From Phycisphaerales bacterium (GTDB lineage: Bacteria > Planctomycetota > Phycisphaerae > Phycisphaerales > UBA1924), in the NCBI GenBank assembly GCA_035549675.1, contig DASZQL010000159.1, forward strand, positions 1 through 34,357: DNA of 34,357 nucleotides, given 5' to 3'. Shown here one piece after another: positions 31,999-34,357 of this stretch. A model generated the notes under the pieces. That model had not been told where the DNA came from, did not search any database, and saw only the letters and a program-made list of their open reading frames with translations. The first letter of the stretch is position 1; each line of letters starts with the position of its first letter. The position numbers were made by a program, and so were the translations under genes.

Positions 31999-33342
31999 AT
32001 GAATCTCAGGCGTGTTACTCGAACCCTGATCGCACCCTTCGTAATTTTCTTCGCCGGGATCGCCGCCGCGAACGCCCGCGCCGAAGACCGCTGGGTTGTC
32101 CCCACGCGCGACGACGTCGCCCTCCGGTGCGGCAGTTCGTCCGTCGAGAACGTCGTCACCACGCTCAAACGCGACCAGGTGCTCCGCGCCGACATGGACA
32201 AGGACGGCTACGTCCGTGTCGCGTACCCCGCCGGCACGCTCGCCGTCGTCCCGATGGCCGAGGGCGATCTCAAGGGCGGCACCGTCACGCTGACGCGCCG
32301 CTCGCGCCTCAAGGCGTACTGCAAGACCGACCCCGTAATGGAGGAATGCTGGCGCGCCCTGATGGACGACTTCCTCACCCCCGGCACCACGCTCCGCCAC
32401 GTCGGCCCGATCAACAACCGCGCCGGCGCTCAGGAGGGCTACGTCGTCGACGCCCCGGCCGGCGCGATGGGGTGGGTCCTCGCGGGCGACGTCCGCGCCG
32501 CGACTACCGATGAAGCCAAGCGCGCCGCCTCGGCGCCCGCGCAGCCTGCGGCCCAACCCCCAGCACAACCGCCCGCTTCGCAACCCCAGTCCACCCAGTC
32601 CGCCCCAACCACTAATCCAGAGACCTCGGCCGCAAGCGAACCCGCGACCGAAGCGCCCGGCGCGAATCAACCGTCCTCCACACACGAACAACCCGCGGCG
32701 AAGCCCGCCGCCGGTTCCGGAACCGGCGTCCACGAGGCGCAGCAGCCTGTCCGCTCCGGCGGCGCGCCCGCTCGCTCTTCCGAGCTGACCGTCGCGCAGA
32801 ACGTCAAGCGCCTCGACAAGTCACTCGAAGCGCTCGACCGCGAACCGATCGAGTCCGCTGAGTTCGAGCCCCTTCTCGCGGAATACGAGAAGACCCGCCA
32901 CAGCATCACTTCATCCGAAGACGAGTCCCGCTACGCCTCGCAGATCGACACGCGCATCGACCTCGTGCGGATGCGCATGGACCACCAGAAGATCACGCGC
33001 TCCATCAAGGAGCTCGAAGAGAAAGCCCGCAAGGGTCTCTCCGACATGGAGCTGCGCATCGCCAAGCTCACCAAGGGCCGCGAGTATCAGGCCGTCGGCC
33101 GCCTGACCGCGAGCGTCCTCTACGACGGCAAGCGTCTGCCCCTGCTCTATCGCCTGGTGTCGATCGACACCGAAGTCCCCCGGACGGTGGCGTACATCAA
33201 CCCCAAGCCCGGTGAATCACTCGACTCAACCCTTGGCGCGATTGTCGGCGTCAACGGCGAGGGCGACCGCGACCCGGGCGCCCGCGTCCGCGTGATCACC
33301 CCGACGCAGCTCGACGTCCTGCAGGCCGCCGGCGCCGAGTAG
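31999..33342 (+). CDS. Secreted protein with SH3b-like N-domain, Pro/Ala/Gln-rich linker and C-terminal coiled coil
   Basis: ATG 31999 gives the signal MNLRRVTRTLIAPFVIFFAGIAAANARA. SH3b-like VALRCGSS...LKRDQVLRADMDKDGYVRVAYP. Low-complexity PAQPAAQPPAQPPASQPQ. Helical C-terminus. The track ORF upstream of 31999 overlaps the TolC-like gene region. Confidence 0.6.
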   Translation: MNLRRVTRTLIAPFVIFFAGIAAANARAEDRWVVPTRDDVALRCGSSSVENVVTTLKRDQVLRADMDKDGYVRVAYPAGTLAVVPMAEGDLKGGTVTLTRRSRLKAYCKTDPVMEECWRALMDDFLTPGTTLRHVGPINNRAGAQEGYVVDAPAGAMGWVLAGDVRAATTDEAKRAASAPAQPAAQPPAQPPASQPQSTQSAPTTNPETSAASEPATEAPGANQPSSTHEQPAAKPAAGSGTGVHEAQQPVRSGGAPARSSELTVAQNVKRLDKSLEALDREPIESAEFEPLLAEYEKTRHSITSSEDESRYASQIDTRIDLVRMRMDHQKITRSIKELEEKARKGLSDMELRIAKLTKGREYQAVGRLTASVLYDGKRLPLLYRLVSIDTEVPRTVAYINPKPGESLDSTLGAIVGVNGEGDRDPGARVRVITPTQLDVLQAAGAE

Positions 33343-33910
33343 TCGGGACCGCCGCGCGTCGAGAGCTGGTCTTTTTGTTGGGCGATTTCTTTTTCGCAAC
33401 CGTTTTCGTGCGCGCCATCTTGGCGTTGCGCTTCGGCGGGTTCGGCTTTCCCGCGCTGAACAGCATCTTCACGTGCGGGATGCCCGCCTCCGTGAACTCC
33501 GGACCCGACGGCGCCCACCCGATGCTTCCGTAGAACGCCTCGACCCCGATCCGCGCGTGGCAGAACAGCTCGCGCAGCTTGAGCTCGCCGAAGGCGCGCC
33601 GCTCCAGCTCCACCACCAGCAGCTTGCCGATGCCCTCCCCCTGCCGCTGCGGGTCCACCGCCATCTGCATCAGCTTCCCGACGCCCTTCTTCGGATAGTG
33701 CGGCAGCAGACACACCGTCCCCACTACCCGAGGCCCCTTGGGATGCGACGCCACCGCCACAAAGTGCTCGAACTTCTCCTCCACGCCCGGGAAATCCTTG
33801 CGGAACGCCTCGATGCTGTACCCGATCGGGCGCAGCAAAACGCGTTGCCGCAGGTCGAGCTCCTGCGCATACAGCGGGTCATCGGCGTCGATGCGTTTGA
33901 TGAGAATCAT
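33296..33910 (-). CDS. GNAT-family N-acetyltransferase (ElaA-like) with Lys/Arg-rich C-terminal tail
   Basis: Acetyl-CoA motif VDPQRQGEGIGKLLV. ~150-aa GNAT core, then KPNPPKRNAKMARTKTVAKKKSPNKKTSSRRAAVPTTRRRRPAGRR. The tail end overlaps the convergent gene by 47 nt. Confidence 0.8.
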   Translation of the reverse strand: MILIKRIDADDPLYAQELDLRQRVLLRPIGYSIEAFRKDFPGVEEKFEHFVAVASHPKGPRVVGTVCLLPHYPKKGVGKLMQMAVDPQRQGEGIGKLLVVELERRAFGELKLRELFCHARIGVEAFYGSIGWAPSGPEFTEAGIPHVKMLFSAGKPNPPKRNAKMARTKTVAKKKSPNKKTSSRRAAVPTTRRRRPAGRRAASG

Positions 33911-33970
33911 GCGTGAACGCGCATCCTACAAAAATCCCGGCATCCAGCCCGAAGGGCCGGTCGACAGCAG

Positions 33971-34016
33971 CCGGGGGTTGAACGAGGTCACAGCAGTGAC
34001 CGCGCGAAACCCCCGG
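33971..34016. other. Nested stem-loop element (possible structured RNA or REP-like palindrome)
   Basis: CCGGGGGTT GAACGA GGTCAC AGCA GTGACC GCGCGA AACCCCCGG. It has a 9-bp outer stem, a symmetric 6x6 internal loop and a 6-bp inner stem with a 4-nt loop. GCCC-GAA-GGGC and CCCC-GAA-GGGG hairpins flank it. Confidence 0.3.
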
Positions 34017-34172
34017 TGATCACGCGGCGCCCATCCGTACCCCGAAGGGGCACTCGTGCCTCGGCTGCGCCTTTCAACACGCACCCGAATCCTTCGTAAC
34101 CGCACCCGGCGATCTCGCCTTCCCGCTCGCCTATGATGGTCCCCCATTCGCACTCCCAACGACCAGCCTCCG

Positions 34173-34357
34173 TTGAACGACCGAACGACTCAACCCGTCC
34201 TCGAATCGGAGCCCGCTCTCGACACGGCCGAGCCGGAGCCACCGAGTCCGGCGATCTCTCGCCCCGCCCCCCTCATCGCGGACACCCGCCCGGACTTGCC
34301 CGCGTGGATGGGTGTGCTCCGCCATCGCTTCTTCTTCTGGGTCTGGGTCGGGTCCAT
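34173..34357 (+). CDS. Possible 5' end of a gene running off the window (start TTG 34173 or ATG 34308)
   Basis: Open frame with GC3-rich codons: LNDRTTQPVLESEPALDTAEPEPPSPAISRPAPLIADTRPDLPAWMGVLRHRFFFWVWVGS. Not in the ORF track because it lacks a stop. Confidence 0.3.
   Translation, partial: MNDRTTQPVLESEPALDTAEPEPPSPAISRPAPLIADTRPDLPAWMGVLRHRFFFWVWVGS

Overview
High-GC bacterial chromosomal segment. By inference only, the gene style suggests a Planctomycetota-like organism: PEP-CTERM protein, giant FG-GAP/dockerin/RHS protein, RAYT/REP elements, many Arg/Pro-rich shadow ORFs. Layout: (1) 3' end of an mlaE-type permease, then a 466-nt AT-rich leader. (2) A 2994-aa Sec-signal RHS/YD polymorphic toxin (936-9920). 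Its last ~95 aa look like a GIY-YIG (URI-fold) nuclease. That low-GC tip overlaps a putative immunity gene. (3) A variable region (about 10.4-13.3 kb) with three low-GC orphan ORF cassettes. Each cassette is bracketed by copies of one palindromic REP-like repeat. The region also holds a frameshifted RAYT (IS200-like Y1 transposase) and a scrambled RAYT relic. (4) A zinc-ribbon membrane protein gene interrupted at a C8 tract, then tRNA-Leu(UAA). (5) A phosphate island on the minus strand: Tmk-like kinase B (Walker A Lys->Arg), CHAD protein, Ppx/GppA, Tmk-like kinase A; then an MmcB-like PD-(D/E)XK protein, phoU-pstBACS, a PEP-CTERM secreted protein, and phoR-phoB. (6) Housekeeping and envelope genes: hypothetical, sua5/tsaC, TolC-like OMP, secreted SH3b/coiled-coil protein, GNAT with a basic tail. 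The two best candidates for something undescribed are these. First, the Tmk-like pair + CHAD + Ppx operon, a possible heteromeric Tmk-fold polyphosphate kinase module. Second, the REP/RAYT-delimited toxin/immunity cassette array downstream of the RHS gene. All functional calls rest on motifs read by eye. No database search was possible.
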